From NCBI GenBank assembly GCA_037128175.1, contig JBAXWY010000001.1, positions 32,001 to 96,000 on the forward strand: a stretch of DNA of 64,000 nucleotides. Reading direction: 5' to 3'. The DNA comes from Methanothrix sp. (GTDB lineage: Archaea; Halobacteriota; Methanosarcinia; Methanotrichales; Methanotrichaceae). The position numbers were made by a program, and so were the translations under genes. Shown piece after piece: positions 19,126 to 30,472 of this stretch; position 1 is the stretch's first letter, and every line of letters begins with the position of its first letter. Below the pieces are notes generated by a model that worked only from the letters and a program-made list of their open reading frames with translations, was not told the origin of the DNA and searched no databases.

Positions 19126-20250
19126 ATGTATGATCTGATCGTAGCGGGTGCGGGGCCGGCCGGATCAACTGCTGCCCGAGCAGCAGCCCTGCGGGGACTG
19201 GACACTCTGATCCTGGAAAAGGAGACTTTTCCCAGGTACAAACCCTGCGGCGGCGCTCTCTCCTGCAGAGCAGCTTCGCTGCTGGACTTTCCCCTTCCAG
19301 GCAATATTTGCGAGAGGACCATAACAGGAGCGCGTGTCCATTTTCGCGATAGAATATTGGAGAGGCACAAGGGCTACAACCTCACCACCTTAATAAACCG
19401 GAGTCTTTTCGACCATCTTCTCTTGCAGAAGGCAAAAGAGGCCGGGGCCGGCATAAAAACGCAAAAGGTCATGGACTTTCAGGAAAAGGACGGACATGTG
19501 TCTGTTAAAACAAATGCAGGAATTTATCAATGCAAGTTTCTGGTGATCGCCTCCGGGTGCCAGGATGGGCTGAAAAACCGGATATTGGGCCCGAACAGGA
19601 AAGAGAGCATGGGGGTATGCCTGGTTGCCGAGATCGAGGAAGACGATCGGAATATCGAAGAGCGGCTGGCTGGCACTCTGGACATTCACTTTGGGGTGGC
19701 AGAGGGCGGCTACGGATGGATCTTTCCGCACAGTGGATACTATTCGGTGGGCATAGGCGGCCTGTTATCTCGCCTGCGCAGTCCTCGCCTTGTCATGCTG
19801 CAGTTCCTGAAGGAAAACGGCTTTTCTGAAAGGCAGAGGCTTCACGGTCACCTGATACCGCAAGGCGGCAACAAGGTGAGGACTGCCCGGGGACGGGTGC
19901 TTTTGGCAGGAGATGCAGCAGGATTTGTGGATGCTTTCACGGGTGAGGGCATCTGCTATGCGCTCGCCTCCGGCAAGATAGCCGGCCAGGTGATAGGAGA
20001 AGTGCCCGCCCACGGAGTAGCGAAGGCTTACCAGGAAAGAAGCAAAAAGGAATTTGGCGATGAGCTGAGGTATGCCTTATTCTTCTCAAAAATAATGCAT
20101 CGCTATCCGGAAATATTCCTGCGCATCCTGGCCTGCCAGGAGGAGGTTTTGGACATGTATATCGAGATTGCTGCGGCCAGGATATCTTACAAGGATTTTA
20201 TGCGCTGGCTGCTGCCTCGCCTTCCCTTAAGCCTGCTTCGCACCCTTTGA
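19126..20250 (+). CDS. Geranylgeranyl reductase-family FAD oxidoreductase
   Basis: MYDLIVAGAGPAG, PRYKPCGG, GYGWIFP and GDAAGFVDAFTGEGI motifs. Confidence 0.9.
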   Translation: MYDLIVAGAGPAGSTAARAAALRGLDTLILEKETFPRYKPCGGALSCRAASLLDFPLPGNICERTITGARVHFRDRILERHKGYNLTTLINRSLFDHLLLQKAKEAGAGIKTQKVMDFQEKDGHVSVKTNAGIYQCKFLVIASGCQDGLKNRILGPNRKESMGVCLVAEIEEDDRNIEERLAGTLDIHFGVAEGGYGWIFPHSGYYSVGIGGLLSRLRSPRLVMLQFLKENGFSERQRLHGHLIPQGGNKVRTARGRVLLAGDAAGFVDAFTGEGICYALASGKIAGQVIGEVPAHGVAKAYQERSKKEFGDELRYALFFSKIMHRYPEIFLRILACQEEVLDMYIEIAAARISYKDFMRWLLPRLPLSLLRTL

Positions 20251-20265
20251 TTTTAAAAAATGTTT

Positions 20266-20616
<351 letters not shown>

Positions 20617-20626
20617 CTAAGCATAT

Positions 20627-21835
20627 TCAAGCGTAAGCCTTCTCGCCGTGTTGGGAGATATCAAGGCCAACGTATTCTTCTTCCTCTGTGACCCGCAGGC
20701 CCATGACGCGGTCAACGATCTTGGCCAGGATGAGCGTCATCACGAAGGCATAAGTCACAGACGCTCCGGCGGCCATTATCTGCACCGCGAACTGATGATA
20801 GTTGCCGTAGATCAGGCCGGTGTAGCTGTTGACTGAGGCGGTGGCGAATATGCCCGTGGCAATAGCGCCCCACAGTCCTCCCATGCCGTGCACCGCCCAG
20901 GCATCGCAGCTCTCATCCAGGCCGCGACCGACGCGAAAGAGCAGAGCCATGTAGCAGATCACGCCGGAGACGGCGCCAATGATCAGGGCTCCCGTCACAT
21001 CAACGTAGCCCGCCGCCGGGGTTATGGCCACCAGACCGGCTATGCCGCCGCTCACCATTCCTAAAGCACTGGGCTTTCCTTTTAGCCAGCTGGCGGCAAG
21101 CCAGGTGAGCGCTCCCGCAGCCGCGGAGGTGTTGGTGACCAGCAACGCGGAAGCCGCCAAACCATTGGCAGCCAGGGCGGAGCCGGCGTTGAAGCCAAAC
21201 CAGCCGAACCAGAGCAGGCCCGCTCCGATCATGGCCATGGGAATGTTATGCGGCTCCATGACGTAGGCACCGTAGCCCATCCTCTTGCCGATGACCAGGG
21301 CTATGGCCAGAGCGGAGAAGCCGGAGCTGATGTGCACCACCGTTCCCCCGGCAAAGTCCAGAGCCCCCATCTGGGCCATCCAGCCGCCCGCCCAGACCCA
21401 GTGAGCCAGCGGATCATAGACCAGAGTGGTCCAGAGGAGAGCCAGCACAATGAAGGAGCTGAGCTTGACCCTTTCCGCCACGGCGGAGGTGAGGATGGCG
21501 AGAGTCACAGCCGCGAATACCAGCTGGAAGGCCACATAAATGAGATGGGGCAGATTGCTGGCCAGGGGGGCTTCGCCCAGTCCCACGCCGTTTAATGCAA
21601 AGTAGTTCAGGCCGCCGATGACTCCCGATATATCCGAGCCGAAGGATAGGCTGTAGCCGAAGAGCACCCACTGTACGCTAGCTAGTGCAAAGGCCAGGAA
21701 GGACAGACCTATCATCGATACGACGGTCTTGCTTCGCACCAGGCCGCCATAGAACAAACCGACGCCCGGCGTCATGAGCATGACCATGGCTGTTGACACC
21801 AAAACCCATGCTGTGTCTCCACTGTTTATTGGCAA
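20627..21835 (-). CDS. amtB: Ammonium transporter
   Basis: [24 protein letters not shown] and GLDISQHGE motifs. Confidence 0.96.
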   Translation of the reverse strand: MPINSGDTAWVLVSTAMVMLMTPGVGLFYGGLVRSKTVVSMIGLSFLAFALASVQWVLFGYSLSFGSDISGVIGGLNYFALNGVGLGEAPLASNLPHLIYVAFQLVFAAVTLAILTSAVAERVKLSSFIVLALLWTTLVYDPLAHWVWAGGWMAQMGALDFAGGTVVHISSGFSALAIALVIGKRMGYGAYVMEPHNIPMAMIGAGLLWFGWFGFNAGSALAANGLAASALLVTNTSAAAGALTWLAASWLKGKPSALGMVSGGIAGLVAITPAAGYVDVTGALIIGAVSGVICYMALLFRVGRGLDESCDAWAVHGMGGLWGAIATGIFATASVNSYTGLIYGNYHQFAVQIMAAGASVTYAFVMTLILAKIVDRVMGLRVTEEEEYVGLDISQHGEKAYA

Positions 21836-22127
21836 ACTGCATCACCCTTAAATTAATATGAACGCGAGAGATATTCAATTTTTTGTATCAGCCCGCGGAC
21901 TTGGCTTCGCAGATCCGGGGGCGAGATTTGCTAAGATATTGCCTGTCTTGGGGTATTTAAAATAGTATTTGATATAAATTGGGAAGAGATATGAAAAGGT
22001 CATAACGGTTAAGCAAGGCGAATTTCTTGCTCAGCAAGTAATCAAGCGAAAATTGTCAATTCTTTGGCGAACAATGATAATAGTAATAATATAAATAATA
22101 ATATTATCTTAAATCGGCTGCCTGTGG

Positions 22128-22465
22128 TCAGCTCGTGACTTTGGGCATCCATCCCAGATAGATTACGATGTTCATCGCCATGAGCACAAATCCAAAAAGC
22201 AATGCTCTGTGGGCCTGCCGGAGTTTATCATGCTTGTAGGCAGTCATCTGCAGGATCGTCTCCTTGGCCAGGTCGGGCGAGTGGAGGTTTGTTTTGTAGG
22301 TCTGGTCGGCAATGGTCGGAAGCTCCTTTTGATCGAGCGGCCTTGAGACCGCTACAAGAACTCGAAAAGCTGGCTCTTGCGACTGGATTGATCCGGCATT
22401 AGATTCCTCAAGATTTCCTTTAGACGGTCCGGATATTAAATCATTTTCGATGGACGCGAGGAAAA
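22128..22465 (-). pseudogene. Possible degraded membrane-protein gene fragment
   Basis: Open frame with no upstream start, ending KHDKLRQAHRALLFGFVLMAMNIVIYLGWMPKVTS*, inside a 736-bp gap. Confidence 0.3.
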
Positions 22466-22572
22466 ATGAGGCTCAGCAATTCAGCAGGAGCGAATTACGA
22501 TTCGATTATCCGCGCAAATTCTAAAAAATGATCACAAATTGTGCAAAAATTTGAATATGAGTGCCAACGCAC

Positions 22573-22917
<345 letters not shown>

Positions 22918-22929
22918 TCACTTCCCCGC

Positions 22930-24141
22930 CTAAAAGTCAAACAGCGACCTTTGCCCACCATTTCCTTTTCCCACCGCATTCGACACTCCCACCAGCCTGA
23001 CCTCTCCGTACTTGCCCCCGCCCCCAGGCTGCACCTCTATCCGGCCCATGCGAAAATTCTGGATGGCTTCGATTACTCTCGGCTCCGCCTTCAGATCGGC
23101 AAGATCGACCTGCATCAATACCTCAATCTCCGTTCTGAACTCTGTCAGCTCGCTCCAGCTTTTTTGCACGCCGGCCGTCATGACGCTCTTGTGACCCAGG
23201 GCCAGAGCAATGATCTCGGCCAGGGGAATGATATGCAAGTAAGGTGGCCGGTGGGAAGGATGTAAGGGCTTTTCATAATCGGCCAGAAGATTTACCCGGT
23301 CCGCCACGCCAAGCTTGATTCGCCCCCCACAATTCGGACAGCGTCCCATCAGTTCGTCCTTCTGCTTAAGGGAGTATTGCCGGTAGCAGCGCGTGCAGGC
23401 GGTGCGATTGTACTTTCCTTCCTCCGGGAAAAGGCCCACATTCATCGCTACGCGTTGCCCGCCCTCGCGCTTGATGGCGAGGATGAGATCCTGATAGCTG
23501 AAAGAATCCAGCTCCATCTGATTGAACTCCCGGGCCAGCTTGTTGGAGCGGGGCGAATGAGCATCGGAGTTGGAGAGAAAGGTCCGGGAGGATAGCTCGG
23601 CAATCCGGTCCGCATAATCCGTGTCCGCCGAGAGGCCCAGCTCAATGAACCGGATCTGGTCCGCCTTCTCCTGGTAGCACTCGGCCAAAGTTCGAAAGTA
23701 AGCAAAGATGCCCGTCCAGGGTGTGAAGGCGTGGGCCGGACCCAGCAGGCCGCTCGCCTCAATAACCTGATCGGCAATCTCAGAGCCGTTCAAATGCAGC
23801 CTGGGCCTGCCGTCTGCCGACAGGTTCGTCGAGTAGGGGGCGAAGGCTTCCTGCAACTGCTCGGCCTTGGAGGTATCGGGCAAAAAGATGAGATGATGCA
23901 CGCGGCTACTATCTTCCACCTCCACGCTGAGGACAAAATGGGTATCTCCCAGGAGAAAGAGCCCGTCTGCCTCGGGAAGCTTCTTTATGGCATCCAGCCA
24001 CAAAGGATGCAGGCAGTCTCCCGTGGCCACGATCTTCACTCCTTTACGCGCTGCCTCTCTGGCAATCTCAGGCAGCTGCATGTCTGCGGAGACCGCCATC
24101 GAGTACTTGGAATGGATATGAAGATCAAGGTTTACAAGCAT
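22930..24141 (-). CDS. TIGR00375 family PHP phosphoesterase with Zn ribbon (EndoQ-like)
   Basis: DLHIHSKYS, PAHAFTPW, ELGLSAD, SNSDAHS, GKY..TAC..C and PGGGGKYG motifs. Confidence 0.88.
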   Translation of the reverse strand: MLVNLDLHIHSKYSMAVSADMQLPEIAREAARKGVKIVATGDCLHPLWLDAIKKLPEADGLFLLGDTHFVLSVEVEDSSRVHHLIFLPDTSKAEQLQEAFAPYSTNLSADGRPRLHLNGSEIADQVIEASGLLGPAHAFTPWTGIFAYFRTLAECYQEKADQIRFIELGLSADTDYADRIAELSSRTFLSNSDAHSPRSNKLAREFNQMELDSFSYQDLILAIKREGGQRVAMNVGLFPEEGKYNRTACTRCYRQYSLKQKDELMGRCPNCGGRIKLGVADRVNLLADYEKPLHPSHRPPYLHIIPLAEIIALALGHKSVMTAGVQKSWSELTEFRTEIEVLMQVDLADLKAEPRVIEAIQNFRMGRIEVQPGGGGKYGEVRLVGVSNAVGKGNGGQRSLFDF

Positions 24142-24201
24142 CTTCTTTCATTCTTTGTGCGGGGATAAACCCTTTATGCTTGACGATCTATTTTAAAGGC
24201 C

Positions 24202-24978
24202 GTGCAAGAGAACCTGAGAGAGGTGCTGGAGTGCTTTGGTCGGGGCGAGATCACCCAGGAAGAGGCTTTGCGCCGCATCAAACGCCGGAGCTTCCTGGCC
24301 GTAGGAGAGGTGGCAAAGCTAGATATCTGCCGGGCGGAACGCATCGGCATACCGGAAGCCATTCTCGCAGAAGGAAAGGATAAAACCGATCTCGTGGCCA
24401 TCTCCCTGGCCCACCTGCAGGCAACCGGCAATGTGATCATCACTCGCGTCTCGGCTGAGCAGCTGGAATTGTTGCGGTGCGCAGAGCTGCCCGAGGGCAG
24501 TGAACTGGTGCACAACGTTCGAGCCAGGACCGTGGTCATCCGATCCGCGAAACCGCAGGCCAAAAGAGGATGGGTGGGCATCCTGGCCGCAGGCACTGCC
24601 GACATGCCGGTAGCTGAGGAAGCGCGCGTGGTGGCGGAGGAAATGGGCTGCAACGTCATCTCAGAGTACGACGTGGGAGTGGCAGGCATTCACAGGCTCT
24701 TTCCCTGCCTGGAGAGGATGGCAAATGTTGATGCCTTCGTGGTGGCAGCCGGGCGGGAGGGGACACTGCCGGCAGTTGTTGCGGGACTGGTAGAAGCCCC
24801 GGTAATCGGCCTGCCGGTTTCCACCGGCTATGGTCTGGGTGGAGGCGGCCGGGCGGCCCTTTATTCCATGCTGCAGTCCTGCTCCGTTCTCACGGTGGTA
24901 AATATAGATGCGGGCTTTGTAGCTGGCGCTTATGCGGCAAAGATCGCCAGACAAAAAGCATATGGACAAAAACAGTAG
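24202..24978 (+). CDS. larB: Nickel-pincer cofactor biosynthesis LarB / AIR-carboxylase-like protein
   Basis: GIPEAILAEGK, AGTAD.PVAEEA, DVGVAGIHRL, PVSTGYG and VVNIDAGF motifs. Confidence 0.88.
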   Translation: MQENLREVLECFGRGEITQEEALRRIKRRSFLAVGEVAKLDICRAERIGIPEAILAEGKDKTDLVAISLAHLQATGNVIITRVSAEQLELLRCAELPEGSELVHNVRARTVVIRSAKPQAKRGWVGILAAGTADMPVAEEARVVAEEMGCNVISEYDVGVAGIHRLFPCLERMANVDAFVVAAGREGTLPAVVAGLVEAPVIGLPVSTGYGLGGGGRAALYSMLQSCSVLTVVNIDAGFVAGAYAAKIARQKAYGQKQ

Positions 24979-25023
24979 TAAATTATTTCCAGAAAAGTAT
25001 TTATACGATTAATAAATTGTTGA

Positions 25024-25082
25024 GGCGAGAGCGGGTACACACATATTTTTCACTAACCCCCACTCCCCTACCCGCTCGTCAC
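25024..25082 (+). ncRNA. Candidate small RNA, copy 2 of the GAGCGGGTA...TACCCGCTC hairpin family
   Basis: Stem 25029-25037/25069-25077; loop ends CACTAACCCCCACTCCCC; GAAAAG-TA-TTTATACG promoter-like motif at 24992-25007. Confidence 0.55.
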
Positions 25083-25283
25083 TTATTTGAGGGAAAGCTT
25101 CAGGGGGCACAACAAAAGATATGTAGAATTAGTTCATAAGGTTGATGTTTCTGAAGCATTCATCTACGACAAAGATCGCATTAAAATTGGTGGGCCCTAC
25201 CCAAACAATTCAACGAAGGGCCAGAATTGATATACATAAAGCACCAAGTTACTCTGCAAGCACTGATACCGAAGGTGACAGGA

Positions 25284-25844
25284 GTGAAAAGACAGATAAA
25301 GTCTCTTTCAATAGAAATTATATTTTGTTTTTTATACTTGTCCTGCGTGAGCATTTGCATAGCCCAAGACTTCCCCTTAGACAGTGGAAATGCCGATTGT
25401 GCCGATCTGGTCACCGCGGGCCAGAACGATGTGGCTTTTGGCTGCTTCGGGCGCGCAATCGAGGTGGACCCAACCTCAGCCTTCGACTGGGCAGGTCAAG
25501 GGGACGTCATGAATAACATTGGATATTATTATCAGGCACTGGTATATTACGAGATGGCATTGAATTTCGAGCCGGACGCTTCTAATATACTAACGAGCAA
25601 AGGCAGGACTCTTACCCGTATGGGCAAATATGATGAAGCATTGGATATCTTAGCTCAGGCATTGGACCTGGATCCTGATAATACATATACCTGGAAGAGT
25701 ATAGGCGATGTCTACTCGGAGCTTGGAGATACCGATAAGGCAGATGCGGCATACGCCAGAGCAAAGCCTGCCAAGACTGCAAAGCCTGCCACGCAGCGCA
25801 AGACGGTTGATGACTACCTTGCCAACAGCAAAGAGGGAATTTAG
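25284..25844 (+). CDS. Secreted TPR-repeat protein
   Basis: GTG start after a GAAGGTGA SD; signal peptide; 3-4 TPR repeats. Confidence 0.8.
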   Translation: MKRQIKSLSIEIIFCFLYLSCVSICIAQDFPLDSGNADCADLVTAGQNDVAFGCFGRAIEVDPTSAFDWAGQGDVMNNIGYYYQALVYYEMALNFEPDASNILTSKGRTLTRMGKYDEALDILAQALDLDPDNTYTWKSIGDVYSELGDTDKADAAYARAKPAKTAKPATQRKTVDDYLANSKEGI

Positions 25845-25921
25845 TCAACCGTCTATAAAAGGCAATAGCAACAAAGGCATCACGCCGTTAAATCTCAAAA
25901 AAATTTCATTGAGGATCGGGT

Positions 25922-27424
25922 TCACAGGAACCTGATCCCCCTGGGCATCTTCCCAATACGTTTTTGGAATTCTTCAGGCCAATTAGCAGTGTCCAGACCC
26001 TTCTGGCTCAGCAATGCCGAGGCCCAGCGCTCCAGGCCCACGCCGCTGCATCCCGACCAAAGGGCTTCGCCGGACTGGGACTTCACTGTGAAGCCCTTGG
26101 GATATTTCTCGCCGTTCACGGACAAATTCTGAAACTCGATCCAGTTACCGTTGTAGGGAAGCACCGCCTCGTAGTCTACGGTGCCCGCTCCCGACATCTC
26201 GGAGAGGCCCGTCTTTCCTTCCTGGGCCATGAACCAGGGCGTGACCCAGGCCGTCCTCCAGTGCAGCTCCAGAATATCCTCGAAGATGTGCTTGTAGCAG
26301 GCCTTCAGCTTCTCTGCTTCTTCCAGCACCTGCTCGCGCGTGCCCAGCCACACGATCTCTATCCTGTGGAACTCATCCACCCGCTCGATGCCGTGAATGC
26401 CCCCTGACTCGTAGCGGTGAGAGGTGCCGGATCGGTCGAAGACGGTGATGGGCATCTCTTCGCGAGGCAAGGTCATGCCCTGCAAAAATCCCCAGAAGGT
26501 GGGGCATTGGGCATAGCACATGCCTCCAATGGGCAGGTCGATCTTCTCTTTGACCAGTTCCAGGGGCACCTCATGGGTGACCTTGTAGTGGTCCATGACC
26601 TCTTCCCAGAAGGCCGGATCGCGAGTCTTGGGCGGGCAGACGAAGTAGATCTCCGGGTAAACGCCTTGGGCGTGACCGCTCTTCTTCCAAACATCCCAGG
26701 TATCTAGCTTGGGAAAGATCATCTCGCGATAGCCCAGAGGCCCCACGATCTCTTCCAGCACAATTTTCTCGAAGGTGCGAAATACGTGCGTCGCCTCCGG
26801 TCCGTAGATCCACTGGCCTCGGCTCGAACCGTGCTTGATCCAGCCCGCCTTTTGCATCTCTTCGGTAGGATCGCCTGTGAACTTGGGCGGGCGTGGCGCG
26901 CTCTCCCAGAGCAGCTCCCAGTGCTCGGTCTTGCCTCCATAGCTGCTCTGCAGCTTCTCTTCCAGAAGGCTGATTATCCTATCCGGTATGCGGTTTTCCA
27001 TCTCCGACTGGCCAAGAGTTCCGTCCGGGCCCACGTCCAGGGATAGATGCAGCCGGCCATCTTCAAATTTGATCTCTCGAACATAAGGTATCTTGTGCTT
27101 GATGTCTCTCTCCGACTCGACCTCTATCTCGAATTTGTTTACATCCAGGCCGCGCACGCCGATACGAAATTCTTTCCCCAAAAGCTCGGAAAGCGGCCGG
27201 CGCAGCCTGAGCAGCGCATCGTGGGCTCGCACAAACCGATCGCTGTCAATGACCAGATCGATCTTGCTACCGACCAGTTTCCATGCTGTAATCTTGGCGC
27301 CCTGGCCAACAGGTGCGCCCTTCTGCAATATGGGCCCGGCGTTGCCAAAAAAGTCTGAAACGGCCGCCTCGGCCTTTTCCGCGTCCGCGCTCAGCCGGAA
27401 GCTTGCCTCTAAATGGAATTTCAT
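25922..27424 (-). CDS. serS: Seryl-tRNA synthetase, methanogen type
   Basis: [10 protein letters not shown]-terminal domain; [27 protein letters not shown] and [12 protein letters not shown] motifs. Confidence 0.95.
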   Translation of the reverse strand: MKFHLEASFRLSADAEKAEAAVSDFFGNAGPILQKGAPVGQGAKITAWKLVGSKIDLVIDSDRFVRAHDALLRLRRPLSELLGKEFRIGVRGLDVNKFEIEVESERDIKHKIPYVREIKFEDGRLHLSLDVGPDGTLGQSEMENRIPDRIISLLEEKLQSSYGGKTEHWELLWESAPRPPKFTGDPTEEMQKAGWIKHGSSRGQWIYGPEATHVFRTFEKIVLEEIVGPLGYREMIFPKLDTWDVWKKSGHAQGVYPEIYFVCPPKTRDPAFWEEVMDHYKVTHEVPLELVKEKIDLPIGGMCYAQCPTFWGFLQGMTLPREEMPITVFDRSGTSHRYESGGIHGIERVDEFHRIEIVWLGTREQVLEEAEKLKACYKHIFEDILELHWRTAWVTPWFMAQEGKTGLSEMSGAGTVDYEAVLPYNGNWIEFQNLSVNGEKYPKGFTVKSQSGEALWSGCSGVGLERWASALLSQKGLDTANWPEEFQKRIGKMPRGIRFL

Positions 27425-27642
27425 CTCTCCTCCGCACAAGATTGTGTCTCTTCCGCTATTTTAATGTTCATCAGTAGATCGTCAACCGTGGAGAGCAGAG
27501 TGCCTATCTTCTCCGTGGAGAATTGCAGGCAGAGACGGTCGGCATCTATCACAAGACTCATATTGGGCAGGTTATCGGGCAAAACCGCCTTCGCCACAGT
27601 TTCTGCTTGCTTTCCCCAAAAAGTCAGACGGGCCCATGTCAC
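27421..27642 (-). CDS. pcc1: KEOPS complex subunit Pcc1
   Basis: 73 aa; A..PDN...[15 protein letters not shown] pattern; rps15-DHH-pcc1 synteny. Confidence 0.8.
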   Translation of the reverse strand: MTWARLTFWGKQAETVAKAVLPDNLPNMSLVIDADRLCLQFSTEKIGTLLSTVDDLLMNIKIAEETQSCAEER

Positions 27643-28949
27643 GGCGCATCCTCTACCTCTGGCGCATCCTTACGCAGTTGCTCCCCCACAATCTCGTCCA
27701 GAATGGCCAGAAACCGATCCTCTGCGCCCGGTGGGATAGAAGCGCCACTGGCGATGGTGTGCCCCCCGCCCACACCGCCGACTGCCCCGGCGGCCTTGCG
27801 GAGAGCAATCGATAAGTCAAGGCCCCTAGATATGAGCGGCTTGGTTCCGCGTGCCGATATCTTGACCATATCGTCCTTGTGATTCAGGGTGATGAGCGGC
27901 AGGTCGGCGTATAAATACCGGATACCCAGTCCCGAAACAATAGCTCCCGCTTCCATATTCACCATTTTGAGGTAGCGGATGTTCTGTAGCACTTTATTTT
28001 GCTCTCGCAGCATGCCAACCTCCCGCAGGATATGGCCTTTGTATTCCTGGGCCAGGCTTCTGGCCGGCTCTAGTGCGCCAGTATCGCGCAGGCACAGTGT
28101 CAAGCCCAGGCCCGGAACGTCTCGATTGCCGCAGGCGTTGAGCAGCTCTACCATCTCCAGGGAGTTTTCCACCACTTCGTGCTTGAGGCGGATGGCCTCT
28201 CCTATGATTGAATCAGCTGCAAAGCTTCCTTGCATAAGTAATTTTAAAGTTATGGCCGTGCATAATTTTGCCAGGTCATCTCTTACCAGGCTCTCTACAT
28301 TGCCTTTTATCTTTAAATCATCTAAAAATTGGCGAGTTTTTTCCGTGTCGCCGGTAAAGTCCAAGAGCGGCTCTATACTGCTCTGAAAAACTTCTTCGAT
28401 CGGGCCGTCTTCAGACATCTTCAAGCCGGATTTCAACTCTACGGCCCCGCTTGCAATGGCCTCTTCCAGAATGGTTTTATTCGCGCCGATCATGCCCTGC
28501 CGGTCGCCCATGGCACCAACCAGTGCCAGGCCGGATAGATCCGCGTTCTCGCCCATGTGACGCACCACAGAATATACGGTGCCCGCGGCAGACAGCTCAA
28601 AGGCCCCATCTATGCCGAAAAGATGGGGGTTGAGGTGCATGCAGTCCAGCGTGCCCACGGGCCGATGGTGGTCCAGGACAAAGCAGTCATCTTTGACGCG
28701 GGAGATAAGTTCTGGCTTGCCGCTGCCCATATCGCAGAATACCACCGGCCCCTCTAGCCCGGCAAGCACGGACTCGTCCAGCCGATTTAGCAGAGAGGCC
28801 TGAAAAGGTATCCCCGCGCGATGGAGGGCACTACAGATCAGCCCTGCGGATGTGATCCCGTCCGCGTCGTTATGCGAGATCACGCGCATGCTGTCGCATT
28901 GCATTATCGAACTGGCAATAGCCTCTGCAGCTTTGTCCAGCCGCTTCAT
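27639..28949 (-). CDS. DHH/DHHA1 phosphoesterase (RecJ/GAN-like)
   Basis: SHNDADG, DMGSG, LDHH and GGGHTIASGA motifs. Confidence 0.9.
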   Translation of the reverse strand: MKRLDKAAEAIASSIMQCDSMRVISHNDADGITSAGLICSALHRAGIPFQASLLNRLDESVLAGLEGPVVFCDMGSGKPELISRVKDDCFVLDHHRPVGTLDCMHLNPHLFGIDGAFELSAAGTVYSVVRHMGENADLSGLALVGAMGDRQGMIGANKTILEEAIASGAVELKSGLKMSEDGPIEEVFQSSIEPLLDFTGDTEKTRQFLDDLKIKGNVESLVRDDLAKLCTAITLKLLMQGSFAADSIIGEAIRLKHEVVENSLEMVELLNACGNRDVPGLGLTLCLRDTGALEPARSLAQEYKGHILREVGMLREQNKVLQNIRYLKMVNMEAGAIVSGLGIRYLYADLPLITLNHKDDMVKISARGTKPLISRGLDLSIALRKAAGAVGGVGGGHTIASGASIPPGAEDRFLAILDEIVGEQLRKDAPEVEDAP

Positions 28950-29401
28950 GAGATGAGAATCTCAGCCGTCTCAGGCGAGTAAGTCCAATCCGGTGCCAAT
29001 CGCCCGGAGTCGTGATAGTATTTTACCAATCTTCGGACCTTGTTCTCGGTGAGATGCAGGGATCTCTTGTTATGGACGTCCTTCTTGTTGGTCTTGATGT
29101 GCTTTCTGACGTGCAGAGCTTTCCTCATCAGATTGGTGAGGTCCTCAGGTATGTCAGGCAGGACTTTGTTCTCCTTCAGGAAGCCGGTTATATTCTTGCC
29201 CAAGACCAATTTGGTGCTTGGCACTCCGTACTGATCACGTAAGGTGAGGCCAATGCGGCTGGGAGGCATTCCGCTCTCGTGCAACTTCATGATTGTCTTT
29301 TCCAGCTCCTCGTTGGATACATCGGACCACGCGGGTATTTTGGCAACCACGGGTGGTCTGGATCGGGAGGAACCCTTTTTTCTGCTGTGCATTTTAGCCA
29401 T
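28946..29401 (-). CDS. rps15: 30S ribosomal protein S15 (uS15)
   Basis: MAKMHSRKKGSSRS, IG..LRDQYGVP and IPEDL motifs. Confidence 0.97.
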   Translation of the reverse strand: MAKMHSRKKGSSRSRPPVVAKIPAWSDVSNEELEKTIMKLHESGMPPSRIGLTLRDQYGVPSTKLVLGKNITGFLKENKVLPDIPEDLTNLMRKALHVRKHIKTNKKDVHNKRSLHLTENKVRRLVKYYHDSGRLAPDWTYSPETAEILIS

Positions 29402-29526
29402 TTTGATAGTCCTCATTAAATTTCATAAAGGCGAAGGTGTAATGCTCACTGCCAGGTGGGATAAAAAACTTGCGCCGCTCTGTAGGCAACAAATTTATAG
29501 GCAGGAGGTTTTTCAAGACCATTGTC

Positions 29527-30189
29527 ATGTTTCCCGAGTATATAAACCAGCTATTTTATCTGGTGGGCGAAGCGGTAGTGCTTTTAGCTTTATTGATCTT
29601 GATTCTGTCGATAATAGTATCTATGCTCGTTCTTTACTCCTTTAAGACAGGCAACTTCTTCGCGGCTAGGTACATGCTTTTAGGTATCGTTCTTCTCGAG
29701 AATGTAATAACGACTCTATTCTGGATCACCCGTGTTGATGATTCTATAGTGGACGATGTGGGTGTGCGGCTTCGCAATTACATTAACAACAAGGAGTTTT
29801 TGAATACACCATGTGCTATGCGATTCATCTTCATGCCCCAATGCGTTCGCAGCACAGAGTGTCCGGCCAAGCTCACGCCGGAGGGCATAAAGTGCGTGAA
29901 CTGCGGGCGCTGCAACGTAGGCGACGCCCAGAAATATGCAGAGAGCCTTGGTTACCATTTCTTCATCGTGCCCGGTTCCAGCTTCATAAAGAGGATAATA
30001 AAAAAATACCGGCCGCGAGCCATCGTGGGCGTCGGCTGCCACATGGAGATAAAAGAGGGCTTGGATCTCTGCCACCGCCACGGCATACCGGCGCGAGGGG
30101 TGCTGCTCTTAAAAGCAGGTTGTGTGGCTACGACACTGGACTGGGAGCAATTCTACGAGGCCATAAAAGAAAAAGAACCGCATGCCTAA
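29527..30189 (+). CDS. DUF116 family membrane-anchored Cys-rich protein
   Basis: PQCVR..CPA, C..CG.C, IVPGSS and GVGC motifs. Confidence 0.88.
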   Translation: MFPEYINQLFYLVGEAVVLLALLILILSIIVSMLVLYSFKTGNFFAARYMLLGIVLLENVITTLFWITRVDDSIVDDVGVRLRNYINNKEFLNTPCAMRFIFMPQCVRSTECPAKLTPEGIKCVNCGRCNVGDAQKYAESLGYHFFIVPGSSFIKRIIKKYRPRAIVGVGCHMEIKEGLDLCHRHGIPARGVLLLKAGCVATTLDWEQFYEAIKEKEPHA

Positions 30190-30212
30190 AAAAATGTACT
30201 AAATGGTACAGT

Positions 30213-30389
30213 TTATCCCATGCTGATGGCTTCGGATGGGCAAGCCTCAATGCATGTCTTGCACTCAGTGCACTTCTCTTTATTTACAACTGCAATTTCC
30301 TCGTCGTCCAAGGTGATGGCTTCTTCCGGGCACTCCTCGACGCAAGTTCCACAGCTTACGCATTCTTCTCTGTTAATAACTGCAGGCAT
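30213..30389 (-). CDS. 2[4Fe-4S] ferredoxin
   Basis: Two CxxCxxCxxxCP motifs. Confidence 0.95.
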   Translation of the reverse strand: MPAVINREECVSCGTCVEECPEEAITLDDEEIAVVNKEKCTECKTCIEACPSEAISMG

Positions 30390-30472
30390 TAATAACTCCT
30401 CCAATTTGCCTCACTAGGGCAAATCCACCTGTAAGTATATCCGATATATACCTTTCGTTAGCCTATGTAAGC

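Noticed and set aside
25922-27424. Atypical SerRS as a novelty
   Set aside because: The methanogen-type SerRS is already well described.
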